64,000 nucleotides of DNA from Escherichia phage EdH4, in the sequence record MK327930.1. One strand, 5' to 3'. The notes under the pieces are model-generated. The model did not search any database. It worked only from the letters and a program-made list of their open reading frames with translations, and had not been told where the DNA came from. Position 1 is the stretch's first letter; every line of letters starts with the position of its first letter. Shown in pieces: positions 1-8,846 of the stretch. The position numbers and the translations under genes are program-made.

Positions 1-479
1 GGCGGACGGAATGGGAATACTTCTCATTCTTATAACAATTCTCAAATATCGAGGCAGTGAGGCAAATTAATAGGTGAGGCCGTTCACATAGTGGCACAAC
101 ATTTGCAATCTATTTTGTGTGGGGGAATGAGAATACCTATCATTGTGAGAACTGTTATCATTACGGGCAATTTAACATAATACCCATTATGCGCACCACT
201 GGCGATACATACAGGGATTGATAACATGGGTTACTGTTTACGCACATAACAATTATATTTCTTACTATTTGTGTGGGATATAGTTAGCAGCCGATAGATT
301 AGATATTAACCTGCAGACTTCTGACCGTCCAGACGTCTAAACGCCCACACACCAAGGATTATACATACACTCCTGAATGTAAACAGGGCCGCAAAAATGC
401 TACCATACAAGCTTGTAAATTTTTCATGCAGCACTTGACAAAGAGGAGAAAAACTTGTCTGACATAATGTGACCTAACT

Positions 480-590
480 GACACAACATGACACTTTTAC
501 ACACCTATTAGTTTACACACTGGATTGTTTACATTTCTGATTGTTCACATGCTAACCATTTATATGATTGACTGTTTACACACCGATAAT
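480..590. repeat. Five spaced copies of a (T)GTTTACACA-like motif
   Basis: ttttacacacc, gtttacacac, gtttacattt, gttcacatgc, gtttacacacc at 15-25 bp spacing; resembles DnaA-box or iteron arrays. Confidence 0.5.
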
Positions 591-592
591 CA

Positions 593-843
593 GCCATGCC
601 ATTCGTTTGCATGACAATAATTATACATGACAATAATCGCACTGATTATAATTAGCATGACATAATATAAAAGCAGGGCAACTATTAGCAGATCTATAGT
701 TGCCTTGCTTGTTATGTCATGATTAACTAAATACAAGGCAACTATGATCTGATTAATAGTTTGCAGACAAACTATCACGGGGGTGATGGTTACTGCTTTT
801 ATATTATGTCGCGACTCCGTCGCGCCATGCCATTCGTTTGCAT
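593..843. repeat. 20-bp direct repeat GCCATGCCATTCGTTTGCAT (593-612, 824-843) flanking CATGACA(A)TAAT repeats and GGCAACTAT/ATAGTTGCC palindromes
   Basis: Exact 20-mer twice; 9-bp inverted repeat ggcaactat-N10-atagttgcc at about 677-704 plus further copies; operator-like or origin-like. Confidence 0.55.
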
Positions 844-1460
844 AGTTGCCTTATTGTTACGAATAAAACAATTGCATTGTTAATGATTTCTTATCTTTCT
901 CTTAGTCATCTAATGATTCCAGTCAGTATAGTAATGTACAGTAAACATTAGACGACTAAAGATTTCTCTGTTTATTATAACTCACCGTTATAATTTCGAG
1001 CTGTTTACGAAAAATGTTGACATCCTAGCCGATTTATGTTATGCAGTTTACACGAATAATTATTTTATGCAGGTATTGACTATTCCGTTATTCTATGGTT
1101 GGAATAAATACTTAGCAGGCTATAGACTGGTGAGCGTACGTAAATTCTGAGATCTGGCGGCTATAGTTATACTCGATTTTTCACGTAGAACACGCTTTTG
1201 TGGTTATGTAAGTGCATGACTTATAAAGATTTTTAGTTGTTGACAAGATATTGGAGATGTGCATCAGGTTAAAATTTGTGCAATAGCGGCATTACGTGCA
1301 ATTTTGGAAGGTAAAACGGGTAAAAATGGCCTTGCTACCACACAATGAAAAATTATGCAATAGTTATTTTCCATGTATATTTGTACAGTGTGTGGGATTG
1401 ATGGCTCGTCAATTATTCCACTTGCCAGGTAGGGCCGTTTATGGTAGGAAAAGAGAAGAC

Positions 1461-1485
1461 AAAAAGAAAGGGGCTTTAAGCCCCT
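1461..1485 (-). terminator. Rho-independent terminator ending the minus-strand early gene cluster
   Basis: Hairpin aggggctttaagcccct preceded on plus by an A-run (T-run on minus), just downstream of the stop of CDS 1505..1768. Confidence 0.6.
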
Positions 1486-1504
1486 GACCGTTCATCTTGT
1501 TGTA

Positions 1505-1768
1505 TTATTTGTTGCTCATCCAGTTTTCCCAAGCTGCCTGATAATCTGCCTCACTACGGCGGATCTCTTCTTGTTCTTCAAGTCGGATCTCTTCTTCCAG
1601 GTACCCCAAGATGTCAGCCTTTTTGGTCTGGCGTAGCATCCAGTCATCTTTTTTGCGGGTAAAGATCTTATAAGCTTTCTCGCAAACCTCTTTTTTGCTA
1701 CCTTTCTGGACTTCCAGAACACGATAAGCCATATATTGAACTAGTTTGAGCTGGTCAAGACGTTTCAT
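1505..1768 (-). CDS. Hypothetical small early protein
   Basis: 87-aa ORF co-oriented with neighbours; followed by terminator. Confidence 0.6.
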   Translation of the reverse strand: MKRLDQLKLVQYMAYRVLEVQKGSKKEVCEKAYKIFTRKKDDWMLRQTKKADILGYLEEEIRLEEQEEIRRSEADYQAAWENWMSNK

Positions 1769-1830
1769 GATGTTTTTCCTCTTTATGTGGTTTTTGTTTA
1801 GTGGGCCTTTTGGCCCGTGTCATTATCTTA

Positions 1831-2103
1831 TTACTTACGGCGGCAGAATTCAAGAGTTTTTAATTGATAATCTTCCTCAGCCTGGAGTACAACCGCCTCG
1901 ATCATTTCGTTGGCATTGTTGAAGCCATACCCTTTAGCGAACTCATCCGCACCACCTTCGTGATCATGTTCTGCGTTCATCGCTTCCACGAAATGGAATT
2001 CAAGATTATTGAGATAAGGGCTTGATGTTCCGTCCTCTTTTTCGATGAGATCCCAAATAGCATTAAAACGTGATTCGACTTCTTGATTAATCCAGCTTGA
2101 CAT
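1831..2103 (-). CDS. Hypothetical small acidic protein
   Basis: 90-aa ORF; promoter and 5' hairpin upstream. Confidence 0.6.
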   Translation of the reverse strand: MSSWINQEVESRFNAIWDLIEKEDGTSSPYLNNLEFHFVEAMNAEHDHEGGADEFAKGYGFNNANEMIEAVVLQAEEDYQLKTLEFCRRK

Positions 2104-2157
2104 AATGTTTTCCTCTCTTCTGGTTGTTGTGTGGGCACTTTTGCCCCTTCAAGATAA

Positions 2158-2186
2158 ATGTTACCCCACCACCTGGCAGATGTCAA
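2158..2186 (-). promoter_or_regulatory. Sigma70-like promoter (TTGACA-N17-TAACAT) followed by 5' hairpin
   Basis: Minus-strand TTGACA at 2181-2186, -10 at 2158-2163; hairpin gggcacttttgcccc at about 2133-2147 precedes the RBS. Confidence 0.5.
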
Positions 2187-2211
2187 CGGTTTTTATAGTT
2201 CTTATATGACA

Positions 2212-2256
2212 GGCAGGCCCGGTGATTGTCTCCCCCCGTCGCCAGGTGCCTGCCGT
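2212..2256 (-). repeat. GC-rich repeated element, copy C (inverted relative to copies at 11401 and 11555)
   Basis: 2212-2234 is the exact reverse complement of 11555-11577 (23 nt); 2234-2256 is a near reverse complement of 11401-11422. Confidence 0.7.
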
Positions 2257-2270
2257 GTAATAAGTATAAC

Positions 2271-2300
2271 AAAAAACAGGACCATTGCAAGCCCTGTTTT
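2271..2300 (-). terminator. Putative hairpin terminator (bidirectional-looking)
   Basis: aacagg-N12-cctgtt flanked by an A-run and a T-run, downstream of CDS 2315..2506. Confidence 0.4.
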
Positions 2301-2314
2301 CTAGTTAATAAGGA

Positions 2315-2506
2315 TTATATTTTTTCGCCTATGTAGTCCGGTCGGTTTTTCTCTGTCATGCGCTTTAGCAATTCTTGCATGTTACTTATGGCTTGTAGTG
2401 TATCCTCTTCCAGACTTGAATCAACATAATCAGGATCGTCTATGACCTTTCTATGATTATGATAACGCAGTACCGCCAATACCTTTCTAACTTGTTCAAC
2501 ATTCAT
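2315..2506 (-). CDS. Hypothetical protein
   Basis: 63-aa ORF co-oriented with neighbours. Confidence 0.45.
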   Translation of the reverse strand: MNVEQVRKVLAVLRYHNHRKVIDDPDYVDSSLEEDTLQAISNMQELLKRMTEKNRPDYIGEKI

Positions 2507-2655
2507 TTTTATCGCTCTTTAAAACAAGGTGCCAACCGTTTCTAGTAGATCACTGACCACCAGGACAATACTGATCAGCACATATCTAACCATAAGGGGA
2601 AAGAGCGCCAGCGATCCCGCCACAATCCCCAAGGTAATGATTATCTTTTTCACGG

Positions 2656-2940
2656 TTAACGGTTAACGTAAGCTTTACCGTTCACGGTTATGGGTAGATC
2701 CTCCAGGTCTGGATCTTCCTTAAGGTCGCGAGCAAGCTCACCGCACCGGATACCCTCGAATCCGTAGTACTCTGTTGTACCGTCATTAAAAGTTTTAGCG
2801 GCAAGGCATAAGCGATAAGTAACCCCGATTTGATTGACGGCATGGATATCCGTTAGATCAACCTCTTTTGCCAGCTCTTTAGCCATTACAGGCGCATTAA
2901 GTCCAACAACCAGGGCAACTACTGCGATCATCTTTTTCAT
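2656..2940 (-). CDS. Small secreted protein with N-terminal signal peptide
   Basis: MKKMIAVVALVVGLNAPVMA then a polar mature region with 2 Cys; RBS gaaagagga upstream. Confidence 0.6.
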   Translation of the reverse strand: MKKMIAVVALVVGLNAPVMAKELAKEVDLTDIHAVNQIGVTYRLCLAAKTFNDGTTEYYGFEGIRCGELARDLKEDPDLEDLPITVNGKAYVNR

Positions 2941-3031
2941 TGTGTCTATCCTCTTTCTGCTACGTTTAAGGCGGCAGTAACCGCCTGTTTATGATTTATT
3001 GGTTAATTTTCAGGTATCGCTATAAATTAAA

Positions 3032-3256
3032 CTATGCTGTACGCTCAACTATAACAACGGTTTGAGGGATCTCACCTTCCACCACTATCAAGGCCTTTTT
3101 CTGCGTGATGGATATCTTTACCCGTTGCAGCGTGGCGGTGAAGTCTTTCATTTCGTCACGTGGTGTTTTAGTGCAATGCCAGATCTCAGGCTTACCTATT
3201 TGCAAGCCGCGTAAAAATTCTGTTTTACCTGTCTTATTCGTGATCATTTGATTCAC
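3032..3256 (-). CDS. Hypothetical protein
   Basis: 74-aa ORF; AAGGTGA RBS-like upstream. Confidence 0.45.
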   Translation of the reverse strand: MNQMITNKTGKTEFLRGLQIGKPEIWHCTKTPRDEMKDFTATLQRVKISITQKKALIVVEGEIPQTVVIVERTA

Positions 3257-3257
3257 C

Positions 3258-3461
3258 TTAACCGATACCGTGGGAAGATAGGATCATGTTAGCCATAGTT
3301 GCAACCACTCCAACCGATAATGCCAGGCCAACTACTACAACCGTGAAAATTTTCTCTAACATGATTCTACCCTCATTAATGGGCGTTGCCTTATTGCCCC
3401 GCCCTACGAAATACAGTCTATCAAGTAATAAACTATTGTCAAGATTTATTTTACTTCCCAA
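3258..3461 (-). CDS. Hypothetical small membrane protein (start uncertain)
   Basis: 67-aa ORF with hydrophobic C-terminal segment VVVVGLALSVGVVATMANMIL. Confidence 0.35.
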   Translation of the reverse strand: MGSKINLDNSLLLDRLYFVGRGNKATPINEGRIMLEKIFTVVVVGLALSVGVVATMANMILSSHGIG

Positions 3462-3582
3462 ACGGAAAATTCACTACCTGGCGGAATCATCTTTTTAATC
3501 TTGTTTGCTGCTGCTACCAGATCCACGGCTTGTACTGTAATAATATAACCAATTGTCGAGGCTGTTGCGTTGAAAGTTTTCA
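3446..3582 (-). CDS. Hypothetical 45-aa protein (below ORF-track cutoff)
   Basis: ATG preceded by a GAGG RBS and the ggcgggaa..ttcccgc hairpin; MKTFNATASTIGYIITVQ... Confidence 0.35.
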
Positions 3583-3663
3583 TTAAATTACCCTCATTAA
3601 TGGCGGGAAGTATTCCCGCGCTATGTAGTACACTTTACCAGATTGTTGACTGTTGTCAAACTA

Positions 3664-3846
3664 TTTTAACGATAATCATCATATGCTTTATTGACCTGGC
3701 GAATATAACATTCAAAAGCTAGATCAATAGATTTATATTCACGGATATATTCACCATAGGAAACCACATACATTTCTATAGCTTCCTCATATGCGAGGAG
3801 AATAGAATCTAAGCCTACGATCTCAGTCTTTGCAATAATAGCCATG
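3664..3846 (-). CDS. Hypothetical 59-aa protein (below ORF-track cutoff)
   Basis: ATG at about 3846 with an agagga RBS; MAIIAKTEIVGLDSILLAYEEAIEMYVVSYGEYIREYK... Confidence 0.45.
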
Positions 3847-3920
3847 ATTTTTATCCTCTTTGTGGTTGGTGGGGCTTGTTGCCCCCTTTGATTTATATTC
3901 TACAGTCTTATAAGGTCATG

Positions 3921-4154
3921 TCAACTGTTTTCAAAAAATTTTTCTGCTGTAATATTTTTCCCGGTAGGGTTCGCTACTTTCAAAATTTTATCATGCACCG
4001 GACGCCCGAAAGAATAAGATCCGTATACAGTAAACCAATAATTGCCGTCAGGCTGTACTATTACCGCCGCATATGGTACGCCTTTTTCGTTTTTGCTGAC
4101 AAAATAGATCACATTGCCATTAATAGCCTCGGCGCGTTTAATTTGTTCCATCAT
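3921..4154 (-). CDS. Hypothetical protein
   Basis: 77-aa ORF. Confidence 0.55.
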   Translation of the reverse strand: MMEQIKRAEAINGNVIYFVSKNEKGVPYAAVIVQPDGNYWFTVYGSYSFGRPVHDKILKVANPTGKNITAEKFFENS

Positions 4155-4217
4155 GATGATTCACCTATCTTTATTTTTTCATAGTTTCAGGAGGGGGCCT
4201 TTTCGGCCCCGCCAGGT

Positions 4218-4502
4218 TTATTTATTGATAGCGTGCAGCGGGAAAGGTACGCCAGGTTGATAGATAACCTTTACAACCTCATCAGGACAAAAGAAATTGC
4301 AGAACTCACCGCAATAGGCCTCATCCTCTTTCAACTCTTCATCAACATACTCAAAAAAGTAGTCGATGCTTGGATAATCTTGCCCTGGGTTATAGTCAAC
4401 CATTGTCAGGACTAGTTCAAGATCGTTGCGTAGGATATGCATACCCGCTTTTAAGTATTTTGCTTCCATTTCCACTACATCGCCAACGGTAACAATAGCC
4501 AT
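4218..4502 (-). CDS. Hypothetical acidic protein
   Basis: 94-aa ORF; promoter-like TTGCAT-N16-GATAAT upstream at about 4560-4590. Confidence 0.55.
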   Translation of the reverse strand: MAIVTVGDVVEMEAKYLKAGMHILRNDLELVLTMVDYNPGQDYPSIDYFFEYVDEELKEDEAYCGEFCNFFCPDEVVKVIYQPGVPFPLHAINK

Positions 4503-4708
4503 GGTTTTAACTCCTATCTATCCGGTTAATGATTGGAGGCCTCACCGCCCCCCGACACCCTTTATTATCCATATTGTAGGACTTGATGCAAGTACTTCTT
4601 TAAAAATTTTTTAAGCGCCTTGGGGGCCGCTGTAACGCCAAAATAATAAAGGCTATGCAACCGCATAGCCTTTATGTGATTATATCGCTGCAGGCCCTGC
4701 CAGGGGCC

Positions 4709-5059
4709 TTATTTTGCATTCTTTCCTATATTGCCGCTACGGTACCAGCGTTTACGGTGAAAATGGTAATAATCACCATCGGCATTAAACATCAGATGAT
4801 TTTCAATAACCAGCTTACGAAGGTGGGCCGGATCTTGTTCCATTCTTGCCAGATTCTGGCGGCTGTTACGTAAGCGGATAAATTCTATATTCAGGCCGTT
4901 GATTGCAGCATGGATGTCAAAGTAACCACCTTTGAGACGTTCACGCATGGCGTTAAGCTCAACACAATATACAGATTTCTCACAAATCAAGGTATTAGCC
5001 AGGGCGCGGACCTGGGCAAGGGGGTTAAGCTCATTAAGGTAATATAGTTTTACTTTCAT
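4709..5059 (-). CDS. Hypothetical protein
   Basis: 116-aa ORF. Confidence 0.6.
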   Translation of the reverse strand: MKVKLYYLNELNPLAQVRALANTLICEKSVYCVELNAMRERLKGGYFDIHAAINGLNIEFIRLRNSRQNLARMEQDPAHLRKLVIENHLMFNADGDYYHFHRKRWYRSGNIGKNAK

Positions 5060-5076
5060 AAAATCACCTGCTGAAA

Positions 5077-5376
5077 TTAGTTTGAGAAAACATCGTTCAC
5101 AATAGCGATCACAATGCCGCCCACCTTGTCACGGTCAACAATGCACAAATCACCATAGATCATGTGGTAGTCTGGATGATCTTTGACGGAATAGTCGATA
5201 AGTGTTTTCTTGTCATCCAGCTTACTAACTTCCATTCTCATAACGATATGAGAATCATCAAAGGCATTATTCCGAAAAGTCATAACCTGACCGCCAGGGC
5301 ACCCGGTGATTTCCACCTCCACGCCGTCTACGATCTGACCATCAAAGAAATAAAGATTATTAGCCTGGATAAACAT
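5077..5376 (-). CDS. Hypothetical protein (start trimmed to ATG with AAAGGAG RBS)
   Basis: Track start at 5397 is a GTG; the ATG at 5376 has a canonical RBS. Confidence 0.55.
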   Translation of the reverse strand: MFIQANNLYFFDGQIVDGVEVEITGCPGGQVMTFRNNAFDDSHIVMRMEVSKLDDKKTLIDYSVKDHPDYHMIYGDLCIVDRDKVGGIVIAIVNDVFSN

Positions 5377-5418
5377 GATCATTACTCCTTTTTGCACTGA
5401 TTATTTTAACAGGGTTTA

Positions 5419-5464
5419 AATTTACTTTATTGATGGCCCTAGAGTCAAGGCCATCTAAAAATAA
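5419..5464 (-). promoter_or_regulatory. Conserved 45-bp intergenic element, copy 1 (promoter TTGACT-N18-TAAATT with palindrome over the -35)
   Basis: tttactttattgatggccctagagtcaaggccatctaaaaataa; palindrome GATGGCC-N10-GGCCATC; near-identical to copies at 9135 and 9756. Confidence 0.5.
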
Positions 5465-5467
5465 ATT

Positions 5468-5668
5468 TTACAGGCCTACAATCTCTTTAATTCGTTTTAC
5501 TGCTGCCTCAGCGCCTTGAGGGTAAAAATTATGGTAACCAATCACGCGAGTGATACTAATCGCCGTTTGATGATCTTCATAATCACCTTTAAAGATTTCT
5601 TGACCGTCAATCAGCACGGCAATTTTTTCTTCTTTTTTGAAGTTAATAACGCGGATATTGTTGCTCAT
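5468..5668 (-). CDS. Hypothetical protein
   Basis: 66-aa ORF. Confidence 0.5.
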   Translation of the reverse strand: MSNNIRVINFKKEEKIAVLIDGQEIFKGDYEDHQTAISITRVIGYHNFYPQGAEAAVKRIKEIVGL

Positions 5669-5727
5669 TTTGTTTCTCCTTTTGGAACTTTGTCTATGCG
5701 GTGGGGAGTGTCTCCCCGTTGATTGTT

Positions 5728-5755
5728 ATTATCCATATTCTGGATCGGATTGCAA
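5728..5755 (-). promoter_or_regulatory. Sigma70-like promoter TTGCAA-N16-GATAAT followed by 5' hairpin
   Basis: Hairpin ggggagtgtctcccc at about 5703-5717 lies between the -10 and the RBS of CDS 5468..5668. Confidence 0.45.
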
Positions 5756-5912
5756 CACTCAGGGAGAAAAAAATTTGAAAAGTTAGGCCCCCATGATCGG
5801 GGGCCGTTCTTAGTTACTTACAGCGATAAAGTACATCCCTACGCCTAGCAATATTTCAAGGGCGATAATCTCAAGCCATACCATAACGCGGCGCACCTTA
5901 TCGGTGCATGGC

Positions 5913-6095
5913 TTATCCTTGGTTGTCATCGTCTCCCCCTTTCCTTCTGGTAGTAGTGACGCGATCTACAATGGCCCCCAGGAGTCCTATCACGACACAC
6001 ACCACAAGAAAAATTATCTCCGCTGTTGTTCGATCCATTGTTATAAAATTCCTCAAGATCAGGCCTGAAAATAAAGCGTTCGTTATTGAATCCAT
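5913..6095 (-). CDS. Hypothetical small membrane protein (frame choice uncertain)
   Basis: Hydrophobic stretch IIFLVVCVVIGLLGAIV; the overlapping 87-aa ORF in another frame is low-complexity and less plausible. Confidence 0.35.
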   Translation of the reverse strand: MDSITNALFSGLILRNFITMDRTTAEIIFLVVCVVIGLLGAIVDRVTTTRRKGGDDDNQG

Positions 6096-6148
6096 CCCGC
6101 CAGGCGGCTGGCTTCAAATCTTCACTAAAGGGGTTAATTAACGTGGCA

Positions 6149-6520
6149 TTATTTAAACGGCTGGTCCACATATTTTCTATTCCTCTCAAATAGGCGATCC
6201 GCCTCAGTTAAACAAATCTCATGGGCGTGATCTCTGGTTTTAGCTTCATCGAAAACCTGTTGTGCAAGGCTGCAACGTAGGGAGACTGGAAGATCACTAT
6301 AATAGGCGTTGACAAACGTTTGAGCGTCGTACAGGTCTGAAAATACTTTACCCTTTCTATTATTCCCCTTGTCAACAATTGCAAGGATAACCAATACAAT
6401 AGTTGCAACCACCCCCAGGAAAATAGATATAATAAACCATAAAAAGGCGGATCTTCCCATCTTGCCAGCGATCCAGGCGTTAAACAAGGCAACCAATACA
6501 GCCAAAATAATAAATTCCAT
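6149..6520 (-). CDS. Membrane protein (two predicted TM helices)
   Basis: Start trimmed to the ATG with an AAGAGG RBS; MEFIILAVLVALFNAWIAG...FLWFIISIFLGVVATIVLVILAIV. Confidence 0.6.
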   Translation of the reverse strand: MEFIILAVLVALFNAWIAGKMGRSAFLWFIISIFLGVVATIVLVILAIVDKGNNRKGKVFSDLYDAQTFVNAYYSDLPVSLRCSLAQQVFDEAKTRDHAHEICLTEADRLFERNRKYVDQPFK

Positions 6521-6584
6521 TCTATGTACCTCTTTTACAGTTCTGATTAACAATAAGGCGGCAAATATGCCGCCTGCTACCTGA

Positions 6585-6965
6585 TTAAAAATTATCGCCG
6601 TAAATCTTTCCGCTTTCTACCCATACCACCACGCGAGGCATACTATCCCACACGTCTTGTTTTAGATTGAGCGCGTGCAATTCTTCGGTGGTGCTCATAC
6701 CGGGCACGGGCTGATTGTATACTGCAAAACGACCGCCTGCATAATCATAGGCCAGGGTTAAATCACACTGGATCATCTTTTTGATCATGGCATTAAGCAT
6801 GGCGTTAGCCGCATATTGATCACGTTTTAAAGGCAACTCTTTGATTAGTTTGCGATAGTTTTCGATATGGTCGCACACTGTTTCACGAGGAAGATCTTTC
6901 ATATCTTCACGGAATGTAACCAGGTTAAACATAACGGTGTCAATAGCCTTGGTAGTGTTTTTCAT
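6585..6965 (-). CDS. Hypothetical protein
   Basis: 126-aa ORF; promoter and hairpin upstream. Confidence 0.6.
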   Translation of the reverse strand: MKNTTKAIDTVMFNLVTFREDMKDLPRETVCDHIENYRKLIKELPLKRDQYAANAMLNAMIKKMIQCDLTLAYDYAGGRFAVYNQPVPGMSTTEELHALNLKQDVWDSMPRVVVWVESGKIYGDNF

Positions 6966-7019
6966 GATGTTATCCTCTTTGTTTTGTGTTGGGGCAAACG
7001 TCTTGCCCCCTTGAGTTTT

Positions 7020-7047
7020 AATATAGCAGGTTTTTAGGTTATTGCAA
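7020..7047 (-). promoter_or_regulatory. Sigma70-like promoter TTGCAA-N16-TATATT followed by 5' hairpin
   Basis: Hairpin ggggcaaacgtcttgcccc at about 6991-7010 downstream of the -10. Confidence 0.45.
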
Positions 7048-7055
7048 CACTTTAT

Positions 7056-7679
7056 TTATGAAAAAGTCATCTCACCATATTCATCGACATCAAACCGCCA
7101 ATCATTGGCCTCGATAAGGCCGATCAGGTTTTCTGCGGTTAACTGTTCTAGATAGGCCTCCTCCAGGTCTACGTAAACCTTGCGGGATAGCTCCCGTACC
7201 GTCTCGGTGATCAGTTCTTCCAGGTCTTCCACTTTGTTTTCTTGTTTGGCGGTCAGATCTAGCCAAGTGGTATCAATGTACCCGCTTACAGTGTTTTCAT
7301 GGCTGTAATGGCTGTACTTGTCGCGTTCAACACTGGCTGATAACTCGCCATCGTGCATTGTGCCGAACAAGTGACGAATTGATCGGAACTTGGTCAGGGC
7401 CTTTACTTTACGCAAAAATTTTTCTAAATCCACGTTTTCAGCACTGATTGACGCGCCGTCACCCTGGCACCAAAAGCCTGACCAATGTACTTCGGTATCT
7501 TCAAGGCCATACTCTGGAAAAACATATTCTTTATAGTATTCAATTACACTTTCTGCAAAAAAGTTATCCCCGCTGTGTTCTTCTCTTTCGCGGACCATTT
7601 CAACGGCTTTTTCTTTTTGTTCGTCGGTCAGCACGTCGAAAGATAAATTGTAACCTGCGGTAATGTTAACGGTGGTCAT
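7056..7679 (-). CDS. Hypothetical acidic protein
   Basis: 207-aa ORF with AGGAG RBS; motif HWSGFWCQGDGASI; no family confidently recognised. Confidence 0.65.
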   Translation of the reverse strand: MTTVNITAGYNLSFDVLTDEQKEKAVEMVREREEHSGDNFFAESVIEYYKEYVFPEYGLEDTEVHWSGFWCQGDGASISAENVDLEKFLRKVKALTKFRSIRHLFGTMHDGELSASVERDKYSHYSHENTVSGYIDTTWLDLTAKQENKVEDLEELITETVRELSRKVYVDLEEAYLEQLTAENLIGLIEANDWRFDVDEYGEMTFS

Positions 7680-7736
7680 GATATTTTCTCCTATTTTCTT
7701 TGTTAGTGGCGGGAAGTTTTCCCGCCTGTGTGTTTA

Positions 7737-7764
7737 AGTATACTTATTGAGGCTTACTTGTCAA
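7737..7764 (-). promoter_or_regulatory. Sigma70-like promoter TTGACA-N16-TATACT followed by 5' hairpin
   Basis: Hairpin ggcgggaagttttcccgcc at 7708-7726 sits 10 nt after the -10. Confidence 0.55.
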
Positions 7765-8014
7765 CACTATTTTTTAAATTATTGTGGCGCAAAATGTTTA
7801 AAATCTCCTCAACGTCATCAACACGGCGGCAATTTTTAAACGCTACCAATTGCCCCATGATTTTAATCACTGGGCGGCCTTGCCAGTGCCCCTGAAGAAA
7901 GCGCGCCCTGACTTTATCGGTGGAACTATCACGCCACCAAATAGCCTTGTTGTTGCAGTAGTAAAAATTATTCAGGATAACATCAACTTTATCAAAATTT
8001 TTTAATTTACGCAT
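7754..8014 (-). CDS. Hypothetical protein
   Basis: 86-aa ORF. Confidence 0.6.
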   Translation of the reverse strand: MRKLKNFDKVDVILNNFYYCNNKAIWWRDSSTDKVRARFLQGHWQGRPVIKIMGQLVAFKNCRRVDDVEEILNILRHNNLKNSVDK

Positions 8015-8046
8015 GGCGTTTACTCCTTTCTCTCTTTGATGTGGTT

Positions 8047-8074
8047 AGTATAGCTAACCTGTTGACGATGTCAA
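8047..8074 (-). promoter_or_regulatory. Sigma70-like promoter TTGACA-N16-TATACT
   Basis: Upstream of CDS 7754..8014, followed by an aaggag RBS. Confidence 0.5.
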
Positions 8075-8231
8075 TGATATTTTTAACGCCATGAAACGGC
8101 CCTGGGCGATGTTTTCAGGTTAAAGGGGCGATTGCATAGGTGGGGGCCTTTTTGGCGCTTACAGGGCCAACCAGGGGCGCTATTCGTAGGATAGAAATAA
8201 AAAGCCCCGCACAATGGCGGGGCGCTGGTTG

Positions 8232-8429
8232 TTATTTGTCTTTATGGCGGTATCGTTCTGCCTGTCGTTCACGTTCCAAAAGTAGGCCGGGCAATTTACG
8301 ATCATAATGATTACGCCAGATCTTCCCAAACCTTTTTGGCTTATTCAGTTTATTGTTACGCTGGCGGCGTTCTGGCAGCTCTTCGGAATCATGAGGGCGC
8401 TTTACAATTTTCTCGAAATTAATTTTCAT
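8232..8429 (-). CDS. Small basic protein (possible nucleic-acid binding)
   Basis: Start trimmed to MKINFEK; rich in R/K (PERRQRNNKLNKPKRFGKIWRNHYDRK). Confidence 0.5.
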   Translation of the reverse strand: MKINFEKIVKRPHDSEELPERRQRNNKLNKPKRFGKIWRNHYDRKLPGLLLERERQAERYRHKDK

Positions 8430-8772
8430 ATATTCCCCCCTTGCTAACTTCAATATTGGCCTGAATAGCCCGGATACGGCGCTTTATAACTTCCTGATCT
8501 GTGTGGTCGTATCCCCAAAAGTCTACAATTTTTGCGCCACCCGCCTCCAGGCGGTATAGTGTTTCCTGCATTTTGTAAGCCGGGATCGGTCGCGGTGTTA
8601 CTTGGTCACCTTCTTTATTTTTATACTTTATAATATAATCTTCGTTATCGTTGAATGCCCAAAATGGATATTCTGCAAGGGCGGTACTTCCTCTTTCCTT
8701 TTTATCCTGGATCTTATTTACAATTAAAGCCGTAGCAATAGCGCCAATAATAAAACTTGCCCCGCTGATCAT
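8419..8772 (-). CDS. Membrane-anchored protein (N-terminal TM helix)
   Basis: MISGASFIIGAIATALIVNKIQ then a soluble domain. Confidence 0.6.
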   Translation of the reverse strand: MISGASFIIGAIATALIVNKIQDKKERGSTALAEYPFWAFNDNEDYIIKYKNKEGDQVTPRPIPAYKMQETLYRLEAGGAKIVDFWGYDHTDQEVIKRRIRAIQANIEVSKGGIYEN

Positions 8773-8846
8773 GTACTTTCTCCTTTCATGGTGTTAATAA
8801 ATTATCTTTATAGATGGCCCTGCAACCAGGACCACCGAAAAAATAA

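Noticed and set aside
1296-1487. 63-aa plus-strand ORF
   Set aside because: Runs through the terminator hairpin at 1461-1485, has no RBS and sits in the repeat-rich non-coding region.
5926-6189. 87-aa minus-strand ORF
   Set aside because: Overlaps the upstream gene and the alternative-frame small membrane ORFs; low-complexity Arg/Gly-rich translation; the 5913..6095 frame was preferred, with low confidence.
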